A stretch of DNA of 64,000 nt from Octopus vulgaris (GCA_951406725.2 OX597825.1:1-64000), one strand, 5' to 3'. Counted from the stretch's first letter, positions 29,118-42,647 are shown. Notes: generated by a model not told the origin, from the sequence alone. Program-made: numbers and translations.

Positions 29118-30612
29118 CATCATCATCATCATCATTTAGCGTCCGCTTTCCATGCTAGCATGGGTTGGACGGGTCAACTGGGGTCTGTGAAGCTGGAAGG
29201 CTTCGTCAGGCCCAGTCAGATCTGGCAGTGTTTCTACGGCTGGATGCCCTTCCTAACGCCAACCACTCTGCGAGTGTAGTGGGTGTTTTTTACGTGCCAC
29301 TTGCACAGGTGCCAGACAGAGCTGGCGAACGGCCACGAACGGATGGTGCTTTTACGTGTCACCGGCACGGGGCCAGGCGATGCTGGCAACGGACACGAAC
29401 GGATGGTGCTTTTACGTGTCACTGGCACGGGGCCAGGCGAGGCTGGATGGTGCTTTTATGTGCCACCGACACGGGGGCCAGACAGAGCTGGCAAACGGCC
29501 ACGAGCGAATGGTGCTTTTACGTATCACCGACACGGGTGCCAGACGAGGCTGACAGCGGACACGAAACGGATGGGTCACTTAACCCCTGCTTTCTGATAT
29601 ATGATTTGATTTTGATTGTTCTCACTGGTCTTGCCGGGTCTTCTCACGCACAGCATACTTCCATAGGTCTCGGTCTCTGGTCATTTCCTTAGTGAGACCT
29701 AGAGTTCGAAGGTCGTGCTTCACCACCTCGACCCAGGTTTTCCTGGGTCTACCTCTTCCACAGGTCCCCTCAACTGCCAGGGTGTGGCACTTTTTCACAC
29801 ACCTATCTTCATCCATTCTCACCACATGACCATACCAGCGCAATCGTCTCTCTTGCACACAACATCTGATGCCTCTTAGGTCCAACTTTTCTCTCAAGGT
29901 ACTTACACTCTGTCGATTATGAACACTGACATTACACATCCAACGGAGCATACTAGCTTCATTTCTCGCGAGCTTACGCATGTCCTCAGCAGTCACGGCC
30001 CATGTTTCACTGCCATGTAGCATGGCTGTTCGTACACATGCATCATACAGTCTGCCTTTTACTCTGAGCGAGTGGCCTTTAGTCACCAACAGAGGTAAGA
30101 GCTCCCTAAACTTTGCCCAGGCTATTCTTACTCTAGCCATTACACTTTCAGCACACCCACCCCCACTACTGACTTGGTCACCAAGATAACGGAAGCTATC
30201 AACTACTTCTAGTTTTTCCCCCTGGAAAGTGACGGAAGTTGTTTTCTGCAGATTTTCAGAGGTTAATGCTCCCGAGCATCTGCCACATACAAAAACCATC
30301 TTCCTAGTTAGCCTTCCTATGACATTGCTGCACCTCTTATGTGTCCATAGCTTACACTTGGTGCATCTTAGAATTTCTACCTACACCTTTTCTACAGATC
30401 GAGCAGGGCCATCTACCTGAAGGCGTTTGTGATTTGTCTACCTTCCTACTTATTACGACTTTGGTTTTAGCTAGGTTGACTCTAAGGCCCTTCGATTCTA
30501 AACCATGCTTCTACACCTGAAACTTCTTCTCCAGTTCTGATAATGACTCAGCAATTAGAGCAAGGTCATCAGCATAGAGGAGCTCCCAGGGGCATCCTGT
30601 CTTGAATTCCTC
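29118..30612 (-). mobile_element. 5'-truncated RTE-clade LINE with repeat-rich 3' UTR and (GAT)n tail
   Basis: ELLYADDL near 30560-30590; ORF 29622..30299 has FRYLG, MLHGSETW, RRLRWYGHV and RGRGRPRKTW. Confidence 0.92.
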
Positions 30613-32412
30613 CATTATTGCCTAACAGACAGTAAGTTTCTGTACAGTCTCTCCCCACCAAATTCCACAAACAAGGTTTGAGAAATCTAATAATATGGTT
30701 GAAAACAACTGCCAAAAAGTTCATACACACACACACATTTTGCTGTTGATATATATATAGAGAGATATCATCATTTAGTGCCCATATACCATACTGGTAT
30801 GGATTGAACATTTTACAAGACCCAACAGGTCAGAAGATGCTATCAAGCATTGTCTTTGGCATGACTTTTACAGCTGGATGGCCTTCCTAATGCCAAAATG
30901 CCTTAACCTTACAGCCATGTCGTGTGTTCTGGTGAAAGTAGTACGTATTTCCATTCATAAACAGAATGCTTCATTATCATCATCATCGTTTAACGTCTGT
31001 TTTCCATGCTAGCATAGATTGGACGTTTCAACCGGGGTCTTGGAAGCCAGGAGGCAGCATCAGGCTCCAGTCTGATCTGGCAGTGTTTCTACAGCTGGAT
31101 GCCCTTCCTAACTCCAAACACTCCGTGAGTGTAGTGGGTGCTTTTTACGTGCCAGGCAAGGCTGGCAACGTCCGCAATCGATTGGTGCTTTTTACGTGCC
31201 ACCAACACAGGGATCACAACTACAATTTCCATTTATTTTAAGCTTCAGTCTTAAAATAACATACAGACTAATGATTTGTGAACAGATTTTACAGAGAACA
31301 AAAAAAATTAATAAAAATATTGTCTCAAAAGTGAAGACATAAATACATCATCTCATAACTGTCATCATTTTTATGTCAACTTTTCTATACTTGCACGGGT
31401 TAGATGGAAGTGTGTTGGGGAAAAGTTTTCTACAACCAGATGCACTTCCAGTTGCCAACCTCAGTTTGTTTTCAAGTGAGGTAATAATCTTTCAGTGAAT
31501 CACACAACAAACAACCTGGGATGTTTATGGAGAGAACTGAAAATTAGATGACACCATCAGAAATTCCATTGGTTGTGTAGGGTTTAGACAACCGCACGTA
31601 AGGAGTTCGCAATAAATGTCTCCTTAAGAACACTGCACGGTCGTTCCCTAGCATAATATACAGCCAAATACATAATATATAAAATATAGTTTAATAATTA
31701 CAGAAATACACTCATTAATAAATTGAAGAACGTGAAGAAAGAGAAAATAATTTCTACATTATTTTATTATATACATATAGCAATTTTAATATTTATATAC
31801 ATTTTGAAGAAAAGTAATTTTTGTCGTAGAGAATTACGACTATATATTTTAGCTAACTAATTCCTCATTCTAGCTATATTAAATTTCAACAATTCAAACA
31901 AGTCTTGTTGGATATTTCATGGACACGGCATAAAAAATAACCAATGTCTCAAAGGAGTGAGTGTCATGGAGTTTAGTTACATCCCACAAACACTGAAGTT
32001 TTTCCCAAAATCCAGGGTTTTTATAACTGCTCAACTTGACTTTAAAGTATCAAAATCACATAAAAATATTCTTTAACTAACTTTTAGAATTCCTATATGA
32101 GCAGTAATATTAACCAATGGGAAAATCGACAATCATATTTCTTCGGCAATACGACATTACGTCAAGAATCAAAATCACAAAAATATTCTTTAACTAACTT
32201 TTAGAATTCCTATATGAGCAGTTATATTAACCAATGGAAAATCGACAATCATATTTCTTTGGCAATACAACATTACGTCATATTGCCAGCTACCACAACT
32301 TGGCGTTACTATTTGAAAATGGCTACACGCTACAGTTGCAACCAATGAAAGAACACACATGAAGATGATGGATATACAAATCCTCACACATATATATCTA
32401 TACACACACAAT

Positions 32413-32565
32413 AGGCTTCTTTCAGTTTTTGTTTATGAAATATACTCACAAGGCTTTGGTCAACTTGGGGCTATAGTGGAAGACACTTGCCCAAAGTGCC
32501 TGCAGTGGGACAGAATCTGAAACCACATGGTGGAGAAGCAAACTTCTTAACTACATATCCATGCT
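32413..32565 (-). mobile_element. tRNA-derived (CORE-like) SINE copy
   Basis: Reverse complement of the family at 47945-48288 (ttgggcaagtgtcttc..atagcc..gaccaaagccttg). Confidence 0.7.
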
Positions 32566-32874
32566 CGAGCCTCTGTGTTTCTTATTAATCATACAAAAAG
32601 GGAATCATTTCTAACTGAAGAATTTGCTTAGCAGTTATAATAAATATGTGATGGGCACAGGCATAGCTTTGTGGATTCCTTCTCTACCATATGGTCTCAG
32701 ATTCAGTCTCACTGCATGGCACAATGGGCAGGTGTCTTGCATTATAGCCTGGAGCCAGCAAAACCTTGTGAGAAAGAGAAACTGCAAAACCCAATGAATA
32801 TATGTTTATGTGTGTGCATAGAAAAGTGGTAAATGACAATGACGACAATGTGCTTGAAACTTCCAATAACTTAC

Positions 32875-33033
32875 TTTTCTCTGTTGCTTACGGGCTGAAT
32901 TTTTATCATTGTCCTCCCAAAGCTTGTCCTCAGCTTCCTTATTTTTCCGTTGTATTTCTTCTTGGCGTTTAGCTTCTTTACGTACACGAGCTTGAACAGC
33001 CTTGCTGTTCTCTCCTTGAAATTTCTTTGGCAT
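32875..33033 (-). CDS. CCDC124: First coding exon (53 codons) of coiled-coil domain-containing protein 124 (ribosome hibernation factor, Lso2 homologue)
   Basis: MPKKFQGENSKAVQARVRKEAKRQEEIQRKNKEAEDKLWEDNDKNSARKQQRK matches the conserved CCDC124 N-terminus (MPKKFQGEN..WxDxDK..RK). Acceptor ttttacttttcag precedes 33057; phase-0 donor gtaagt at 32874-32869. Confidence 0.92.
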
Positions 33034-34151
33034 CCTGTAGGGTGTCAGCTTGTCAAACTGAAAAGTAAAAACATATGAAAATAATATGGAATGTTACATA
33101 TCCATTGAAGTTTTCAAGTAATCAAAATCTATACCATATTTTCTAACACAGAAAGTTGAATTTTTGGTTAAACTAAAGCGTTTGACCCGGTCATAAAAAC
33201 AAAAAAAAAAAAAAAAGAAGAGTGTAATAGGTGAAAAACAATTTCCTCTAAACGAATATGACAAAAAAAATGCGTGCTTGCAAAGGGGGGTGGGGGAGAG
33301 GCCTCGGAAAATTCACATCTTCAGTCCATGGCCTTTAAACTATAGCGTTTGACCTGGGCCGGAAAAAAATTAAAAAATAGTGTAATTGGTGTAAAACTAC
33401 TTGTTCTAAACGATTATCAAGAACACACACAAAGAGAAATGGTTGGTTCAAGGCAAGTGTGCATTGAACTGAATTTAAATAAGCAAGAAAGATATAATCA
33501 AAGAAAAGGCCATAGCACCATCTTTAGTGTTTGTTGTTGTTGTTGTTATTATTATTATTGAGTTGAATGTGTGTGTGTGTGGTGAAGTTAATATCAATAT
33601 CAATACATTAGCCAACACCATTGAAGTGAAATAATAGTTTCTATACTTTTGGTTTGGCACTGCTGAATTGAGTCAAAGACCATATAATACAAGTCAGCAG
33701 AAAAAAAATGCAATATCCAAAATAACAGTAAAGAAATAAGACCTCCCCCAAACAGTAACCCTTGTGTTTAAAATCTCCATAACAAAAAGAAGAGAGGTTG
33801 TTTGGCTATCATTGTTTAACGTCCGCTTTACATGCTAGCATGAGTTGGACGATTTTGACTGAGGGCTGGCGAACCAGATGGCTGCACCAGGCTTCAATCT
33901 TGATCTGGCAGAGTTTCTACAGCTGGATGCCCTTCCTAACGCCAACCACTCCGAGAGTGTAGTGGGTGCTTTTTACGTACCACCGGCACGGAGCTAGTCA
34001 GGCGGTACTGGCAAAAACCTCACTCGAATCTTTTACACATGCCACCGGCACAGGTGCCAGTAAGGCGATGCTGGTAACGATCATGCTTGAATGGTGTCTT
34101 TTACGTGCCACCAGCACCGAGGCCAGATAGCCGCTCTGGCAATGATCACGA

Positions 34152-35400
34152 TCACTCCACCAATTTTCCTGCATCATCCGTAGCTTCCTCTGCACTGTTG
34201 CTTTTACTGCCTTGAAACATATAGCCACTGTCCTGTTCGCTGACATGTCAACATTTTGCAAGATGTTAAATGCCTTTCACTTCTCTTCTAAGACTAATTT
34301 CTTCAGCATTATCGTCAAACCAATCTCGATCCTTTTTTTCAGCAAAGCCAAGAATGTTACTACAAGCCTCATATACTCTTTCTCTGAAATGACTTCCAAC
34401 CTCCATCACAGGACAAATTATTTATCTCACTCACAAACTCATTATGTATTGACAGTATCTTAAGTTTATTGACATCAATCCATTTAGGTAACTTGTCATT
34501 TGCTCTAACCTTAGGCTTGACAACATTGGCACTCAAAAGCCTATGGTCAGTCCAGCACTCTGCACCATGCATCACTCGTACAATAGCAAAGTCCCTATTA
34601 ACTCATTTCCTGGTGAGGATGTAATCTATAAGATGCCATTTCTTAGAGCCAGGGTGCATCCATGTCGTTTTATACTTATTCTTTAGTTGAAACATTGTAT
34701 TCATGACACACAAATCCATCTCTATGCACATTTGTAACAGTAGTAAACCATTACTGTTGGAACTCCCAACCCCATGCTTTCCTAAGACACTCCAAGTCTC
34801 CCAAACTGCACCAACACGAGCATTAAAATCACCCAAAATGACAACTTTGTCATCATGGGGGATACTGCATAAAATTTCTGTAAGTGATAGATGGTAGGCA
34901 AGTTTATCATCCTCTGATGAATTCATAGATGGAGCATATGCACTTATGAGTGTTGTATAGTGATCTATTCTTAATGGAAGTCTTAAAGACATCAAACCAT
35001 CAGAATGACCACATGGTAGTTCCTCAAGTCTGGTGTAGCATAGTAAATTCCATTGTCTCGACCACAGTCGAACAATGATGATGAATTCCTCAAGTTTTAA
35101 AACCAGAGTTGTTTTGATAGCAAATCCCACTCCTCATTCTCTCTAACGCTCCAAAGTAAATGATACCCAGCAAATTTCTCTATGAAATTCCCCTTTCCAT
35201 GAATTCTTGCTTCGGCTAACACTACAACATCCATATCATATCGCTGTAACTCTTTTGCAATAAGTGCAGATCTTCTTTCTGGACAAGATTTCAGACAATC
35301 ACTGTCTAATAGCGTTCGAACATTCCAACATCCTATATTCATAGGTTTGCATCTTAACCTGAGTTTACTCACAGTTGTAGGACGATGACCAGATCCAGGC
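34152..35400 (-). mobile_element. Degraded RTE LINE 5' region (APE endonuclease)
   Basis: Motifs IGCWNVRTL, LISAYAP, ILGDFNARVG, TTWMHPGSKKWHLIDYIL and CWTDHRL. Confidence 0.88.
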
Positions 35401-36121
35401 TATGGTGCTCTGGGACACTTGCCGGACCAGACCACAGAACAAAATGTTCCATATCCCTTTTTGCCATTTGCTTCATTATCAATATCAACTTTCATTGTTT
35501 AGATGTACCTTTTTAAGCTCTGGCCAGCCATGTACATACAAGATGTCCATTTCTTTTACCTCTCCAGCAATACCAGTGCTTGACACTTTTTAAAGCGAGG
35601 AAAAGTTTTGCACAGCAACCATTCCCACTCTCTAAAATACAAAGCATGATCCAAAAAGAAGAGCAAGGCTAACTACAAGACAGCAGTGAAGTATTTAAAT
35701 TCAGAGTTACTTTCTCCTAGATAGCTGCCTTCGCAATGACTTGGGTAAACAGAGGAGCTCTATCTACCCTTCATCTATTTATTACTAAAAAAAAAAAAAC
35801 TAAAATAAGAGAAATAAAAAAAATTTAATTGAGATAAAACTGAGTAAAATTAATCAAATTAACATTCAATATATACAATATGTATACACACAGGTTGACA
35901 TAAATTATATACTATACATACACGCACACAGTTTAAAATGCAATATATACAATACATACACACAGTGTGTATGCACATATATGTGTGTGTGTGTGTATAT
36001 ATATAAATTTAAAATGAGGGGGAGAAATTAGATATTAATTTAATTAACATCGATTTCACACCAGTGGCCTAGCATATAAAAAGACTGAAGGTTCAGTAAA
36101 ATTGTATTATATATATATATG

Positions 36122-36344
<223 letters not shown>

Positions 36345-36588
36345 CTGTTCCGTTATTGGTGGAATCAACAAAACTATTACATCGAGTGAGAAATAAGTAT
36401 TTAATCATTACAAGATTTAAATGCGAGCTACAGTGGCTCGCATCAAGATCCTCTAATACTAAATTTTATTTGTGTGTGTTTATGCTTGCACACACCTCTG
36501 AATGATGCAACCAAAATGAGTAGAAACCCTATAAGCGGTTCAAAAACAGTAATTCATGAGACGAAATAGAGTACTGTGCAAAAATACA

Positions 36589-36820
36589 GGGTACTACTTG
36601 AGAACAGCGGTCCCGGTGCGCGCACTCGCGTATCCGCGCTAGCTAGTCGTGACTAGTCGATCCTTACTTTGCGTTTTTTGTGTTATTTACTTTGTTTAAC
36701 AAAAATTATTTTTGTGTTTTATTTACTTTGCTAGGTAGTCGTAGGATCGATTAGTCACGACTAGCTAGCGCGGATGCGCGAGAGTGCGCGCACCGGGACC
36801 ACTGTTCTCAAGTAGTACCC
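36589..36820. mobile_element. MITE-like element with ~78-bp GC-rich terminal inverted repeats
   Basis: gggtactacttgagaacag...ctgttctcaagtagtaccc; no clear TSD. Confidence 0.75.
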
Positions 36821-37115
36821 AATTCCAGTATCAGATTAACTCCTTAATTAATTAATATCCTTGTATCACACAAAAGACTAGTTTAAACACCGACTTAAGA
36901 CTTAATTCCATCGTTCTGACACGACTCACCTCGACCTATACAACTTTAACGAAATAAAAACACACTTTACATACATTTTAAAACATAGTAAATGTGACGG
37001 CAAAAAAGGTTGAAATCAATATTAAATGTTAACAAATATATATGTAGCGAAAAAATCAAGATATTAATGGATAACTTAAATAAAACGTTGATTAAGTTTG
37101 CAATATCTGACTTAC

Positions 37116-37200
37116 TTGATGGCCATATTATAGCGACACCGAGCTACATCTTGGCTGACTGCAGCGGCCACCGACAGTTCTGTCACTTTGAATTTCCAGG
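37116..37200 (-). promoter_or_regulatory. Candidate non-coding first exon / TSS region of CCDC124
   Basis: Locally GC/CpG-rich unique sequence with YY1-like motifs (aatatggcc, caagatg) ending in a minus-strand donor caa|gtaagt at 37115-37110. Confidence 0.45.
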
Positions 37201-37235
37201 ACTTCAGACGAATAAAGAGGAGGAAAAAAAAAATA

Positions 37236-37797
37236 TTGGGTTGTCCGGAAAGTTCGTGCCGATTTATAGTAGCTTACCTTTCGACTTATTTTAGAACATG
37301 GTTGAGTCCATAAAATAGGATTTGACTATACCTCCCTTTAGAGCATTGTCTAAGCTATCTTTTCGTGGAAGAAGGTTTATGTTCCTATAATCTGTGTTAA
37401 TTCTGTAACCCTTTAAAATGGAAGATAAGAAAGTTCATTTTCGGCACTTGATGCTTTGGGAACCAGACAAAAATTGCTGCAGCTTGGGATGTGTTATCCC
37501 ACCCTCCATATTCACCAGATATTGCTCCTTTGGATTTCCACTTATTCAGGTCTCTGCAGAATAGTCTTAATGGTAAAAATTTCAATTCCTTGGATGACGT
37601 AAAAAGATACCTTAACAAATTCTTTGCCATAAAACCACCTCAATTCTGGGAAGAGGGTATTTTCAAGTTAAAGGAAAGATGGAGACGCACTGTGCAACAA
37701 AATGGTTAATATTTGGTTAATACAAAATGTAATGCCAAGTATTTATTGACCTTTATCTTTCCTTTAAAAATTGGCATGAACTTTCCGGACAACCCAA
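37236..37797 (+). mobile_element. Internally deleted mariner transposon with TIRs and TA target duplication
   Basis: TA-ttgggttgtccggaaagttc...gaactttccggacaacccaa-TA; transposase C-terminus HPPYSPDIAPLDFHLFRSLQN. Confidence 0.93.
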
Positions 37798-38108
37798 TAG
37801 AATAAAATGAATTTTTGTTGGCTCTTTATGAGTGCTTTCGTGTATATATGTGTTAGGTATGTCTATGCGTGTGTGTGTGGGTGTATGTATATATATATAT
37901 ATATACGTGCAGGTGGCACGTAAAAAACACCCACTACACTCGCGGAGTGGTTGGCGTTAGGAAGGGCATCCAGCCGTAGAAACACTGCCAGATCTGACTG
38001 GGCCTGACAAAGCCTTCCAGCTTCACAGACCCCAGTTGACTCGTCCAACCCATGCTAGCATGGAAAGCGGACGCTAAATGATGATGATGATGATGATGAT
38101 ATATATAC

Positions 38109-38269
38109 ACAAAATTTAGAGGATTGACCACTAAGAGTGGACAGCCTCTATGGTAGATATAGACGCCAAAATTGTCATTTTCCACATTCTTCGTGGAAAA
38201 TGGCGATTTTGGCGTCTATATCTAGCATACAGGCTGCCCACTTTTGGTGGTCAATCCTCTAAATTTTGT
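38109..38269. repeat. Imperfect ~77-bp-arm palindrome related to the one at 36122
   Basis: acaaaatttagaggattgaccac...ttttccac attcttc gtggaaaa...gtggtcaatcctctaaattttgt. Confidence 0.85.
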
Positions 38270-38909
38270 ATGTAAAAAAATTTTTAATCTTCGGATTTTT
38301 TAAATATGCTAGGCCACTGGTTTTAATTGATTAATATCAATTTCTACCCTTATTTAATTTTATATATATATATAAATTTAAAATGAGGGTGAGAAATTAG
38401 ATATTAATTTAATTAACATCGATTTCACACCAGTGGTCTAGCATATAAAAAGACTGAAGGTTCAGTATATATATACTAGCAGTATCGCCTGGCGTTGCTT
38501 GGCTTTGTTTCGACCCTTTAGAATTGGAATTTTTGAAAAGTAAAAATTTTGCATTATGTAGCTCATTATTCTCTTTAAGTGAACATTTTTCTGGTTGAAA
38601 TACACCATAAAATGGCGACACAGCAGTCAAAAGATCGTAAAAAGTAGGGATTTTCATAGAAAAAAAGCACCTTTTTGATGTAAATAATTTTTGGTGTTAA
38701 CATGGTCTTATTTGAATTTTATTTTCTACGGAATGAAGAGCAAGCCTTCTTCTATCATCTCAATTTTGGTCAACTTGCACCGCAGGGTCTCAGAGGAGAT
38801 AGTGTTAGTTGAAGGCTACCAAACCTGCCATACAACAACTTCAGCTTTATATACATATATATATATGTGTGTATATATAGATGCGCGTGTGTGTGTGTGT
38901 GTACGTGTA

Positions 38910-38952
<43 letters not shown>

Positions 38953-39887
38953 GTATATATATGTGTGTATGTGTATATATGTATGAATGTATATGTGTAT
39001 GTATATGTATATGTATGTATATGTATATATATATGTATATGTGTATGTATATGTATGTATGTGTATGTATGTATGTGTATATGTATATGTGTATATATAT
39101 TAATTAGTGTATATGTATGGACTAGTCTTCTGTGGGTGTGTTGAGGTATGTATGTGTATGCGTGTATGTGAACATACGTGAATGTATGTAGATGCATGCG
39201 TGTATGAATAAAACACGTGCGTGTGCGTATGTGTATGTGTGTACGTGTGAGTGTGTGGGCGTGAGTGAGTGCTTGCGTTCGTATCAGTAAGTAGATAGAT
39301 AAACGGAATCTTTAGATCATCCCTTGAGACCGGCTGACCGGTCAAGATAAAAATAAAGATATAAACAAAAGTAGTAATAATAAAATTAAAATAAGAGAAA
39401 ATGTGTGTGTATGTGTGTGCATGTATATGCATTTGTATATATATGTGCGAGTGGGTATACATATGTGTATGTATATGTATGTATATGTGTATCTGTGTGT
39501 ACATATATGGGTATGTGTATATATATGTATATGTATGTATATATATATGTATATGTATGTGTATGTATGTATATATATATATATGTATGTATATGTGGGT
39601 TTGTATGTATATGTATAGATATATGTGAATATGTGGGTGTATATATGTGTATATATATATATATGTAGATGTACAAGTGAGAGTATCCCTACTTACCTAA
39701 AACTCTATTTTTCTATTTATACTTTTTTATTCTTTTATTTATTCTTTTATCTACTTTACCACCGATTCCTTTGACCACTCCCCTAATAATTACAGTTTTG
39801 CGCCATGCCTACCCCCAAAAAAGTCCCCCACCACCACCCATTTAAACCTGCCTAAATGTATAAATGCCAAAACAACTCTTGTCTACT

Positions 39888-39938
39888 AGCTTCCTGATGA
39901 TTTCTTTTGAATGAAACAGTTCTAGTCCTGTAGAAGCT
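39888..39938 (+). ncRNA. Type I hammerhead ribozyme (canonical core) in a solo pLTR-like remnant
   Basis: AGCUUC CUGAUGA UUUC uuuu GAAU GAAAC AG uucuaguc CU GUA GAAGCU: 6-bp stem I, weak stem II, 4-bp stem III. Confidence 0.8.
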
Positions 39939-39966
39939 CCTTCTATATAATAAAATAAAATATATA

Positions 39967-40022
<56 letters not shown>

Positions 40023-40051
40023 AATTAAGATTTGGCTACTGGTTTGGCTAC

Positions 40052-40093
40052 GCTGCATTGAAAAGGGGCAATACCCCGAAACGCGTCTGTAGC
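40052..40093 (+). ncRNA. Minimal type I hammerhead, variant core UUGAAAA
   Basis: GCUGCA UUGAAAA GGGG caaua CCCC GAAAC gc GUC UGUAGC. Confidence 0.78.
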
Positions 40094-40414
40094 TGCCGGC
40101 CAAGTAGTGTGGAGCGACTGACCTCCCTTGTTCAAAGGTTATATGGATACAGTTTGTGTATCAAATAGCTAACTTAAGGCGATGGCCTCATGGAGCTAAT
40201 AAGCGGTCAGCTTTATTCTTATTTTTATAAGAATGCCATATTAGTATGGCGATAACTAATATTTTCCGGGAACGCTGCCGTTGTTCTCTTTTAGAGAGAC
40301 TTAGTAATTTTAATATTTCTATTATTGAAAACAAGTGGATGTATTCCACCGAAGCTAGGTAAATAAAACCTTTGAACAGAGATTGTCAGAAGCGACACCT
40401 ACTGGTTTGGCTAC

Positions 40415-40456
40415 GCTGCATTGAAAAGGGGCAATACCCCGAAACGCGTCTGTAGC
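40415..40456 (+). ncRNA. Minimal type I hammerhead, variant core UUGAAAA (second tandem copy)
   Basis: Identical to 40052-40093. Confidence 0.78.
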
Positions 40457-40694
40457 TGCCGGCCAAGTAGTGTGGAGCGACTGACCTCCCTTGTTCAAAG
40501 GTTGTATGGATACAGTTTGTGTATCAAATAGCTAACTTAAGGCGATGGCCTCATGGAGCTAATAAGCGGTCAGCTTTATTCTTATTTTTTATAAGAATGC
40601 CATATTAGTATGGCGATAACTAATATTTTCCGGGAACGCTGCCGTTGTTCTCTTTTAGAGAGACTTAGTAATTTTAATATTTCTATTATATATG

Positions 40695-40725
<31 letters not shown>

Positions 40726-40770
40726 GTATATATATATGTATATATATATATATATATATGTATAAAACCT

Positions 40771-42204
40771 TAAATCCTTAAAAATGTTTTAGCCCGAAGG
40801 CCGCGGCCATGCTGGGGCACCACCGCTGAATGAGCTACACTAGTTTGTGAATCCACCTCTGATACGTGGCACTTGATCAACAAGGGAGTTCGATGCTGCT
40901 GCCCGCATCCGTGTCTCCTGTCGTGAGGTAGGTTCATCTGGGACTCCCAACAAGAAGAGATCCAGTTTAGTTTTAAAGAAACCCACATCCACACCATGTA
41001 AGTCTCTCAGGCATTTAGGGAGGATGTTAAAGAGCTGTGGTCCTCTGAAACCCAAGCTGTTGCAGTATCTGGACCTGTATTTTGATGGTGATGTTGGAAT
41101 CCTTGGCACCACGCATCGGCGCCCCGTTCTGCGGTTGGAGTAACTTTGAATGCCAAAGTTTGGGACAAGACCCTCCAGGATTTTCCAGATGTATATCACT
41201 GCATATCTCTCCCGCCTCCGCTCCAGGGAGAAGAGGTTTAATACCTTCAGTCTTTCCCAGTAGCTGACATTTTGCATTGAGACGATTTTCTTTGTGTAGC
41301 TTCTCTGAGTTGCTTCGAGTTCTGCTGTTTGTTTTATATTGTGTGGTGACCAAAGTTGGGAGCAGTAGTCCAAGCGGCTGAGGACGAATGTTTTCCATAG
41401 GACCATCAGTGTCTCCTTCTCTCTTGTTCTGAAAGTTCGGAGAATCCATCCAGCTAGCCGTCTGCATTTTATCACCAGATTAGCAATATGCATTTGGAAA
41501 GATGCATCATTGCTCATGTCAATGCCCAGGTCACGCACTGATTTTGACTCAGGGATTGCAATTCTTCCTGGGCCAGTGTATCCAGTCTTCACGTCATTTA
41601 CCTTTGTGTGCCAGTAGCGCAGGGCCTGGAACTTACCTGCATTAAACTGCATGTTGTTGTCCTCAGCCCACCTGTATATTGTGTCCAGCTCATGTTGCAG
41701 ATGCGCAATATTTTCAGGGTTTTGTATTGCGTGGGAGACTTTTGTGTCATCTGCATAGCTAGCAAGGGTGGTCATCGTAGCAACTGAAGGCATGTCTGAA
41801 AGGGCCACTATGAACATCAGTGGCCCCAAGACAGTGCCCTGTGGGACACCGCTTGTTATTTGCGTTTCCTTGGAGGTGGCTCCATTGCTCACAACTGCCT
41901 GTTTTCTGTCTTTTAGGAAGTTGTGCAGCCACTCTCCAAGTTTCCCGCCTATGCCGAGACCACGCAGTTTGTGACAGATCATACCATGGTCGACTTTATC
42001 AAAGGCTTTTGCAAAGTCAAGATATATTACATCCACTTTTCAGCCATTTAGTAGCTGTTTCAACACCCAGTCATAGTGTTGCAGGAGCTGTGTTAGGCAG
42101 CCTCTACCTGGTCGAAATCCATGCTGGGTGTCAGACAGTAAGTCATTTTCTTCAAGGAACATGATTAGTTTCTTACGGACTATTCGTTCCATGACTTTGC
42201 TGAT
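40771..42204 (-). mobile_element. 5'-truncated CR1-group LINE (RT), sister subfamily of the 14.7 kb and 18.6 kb elements
   Basis: ORF 40840..42036 has YLDFAKAFDKVDH, SGVPQGTVLGP and YADDTK. Confidence 0.93.
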
Positions 42205-42278
42205 GTATATATATATATATATGTATATATATATGTATATATATATATGTATATGTATATATATATGTATATGTATAT

Positions 42279-42342
<64 letters not shown>

Positions 42343-42513
42343 GTGTATATATATATGTATATGTATATGTGTATATATATATATGTATATGTGTATATAT
42401 ATATATGTATATGTGTATATATATATATGTATATGTGTATATATATATATGTATATGTGTATATATATATATGTGTGTGTATATATATATATGTATGTGT
42501 GTGTGTGTGTGTG

Positions 42514-42544
<31 letters not shown>

Positions 42545-42550
42545 TATATA

Positions 42551-42597
<47 letters not shown>

Positions 42598-42613
42598 GTA
42601 TATATATGTATAT

Positions 42614-42647
<34 letters not shown>

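Larger units (their letters stand above)
40036..40689 (+). mobile_element. Retrozyme-like non-coding element, 363-bp unit, ~1.8 tandem copies with two HHRs
   Basis: Near-perfect direct repeat of period 363 (40052 vs 40415), flanked by (TA)n. Confidence 0.85.

Noticed and set aside
32049-32280. ~117-bp tandem duplication
   Set aside because: Simple local duplication; no ribozyme core or coding signal seen.
38476-38850. Possible Helitron-like non-autonomous element (actagcagtatcgcctggcgttgc start)
   Set aside because: Termini could not be established from one copy.
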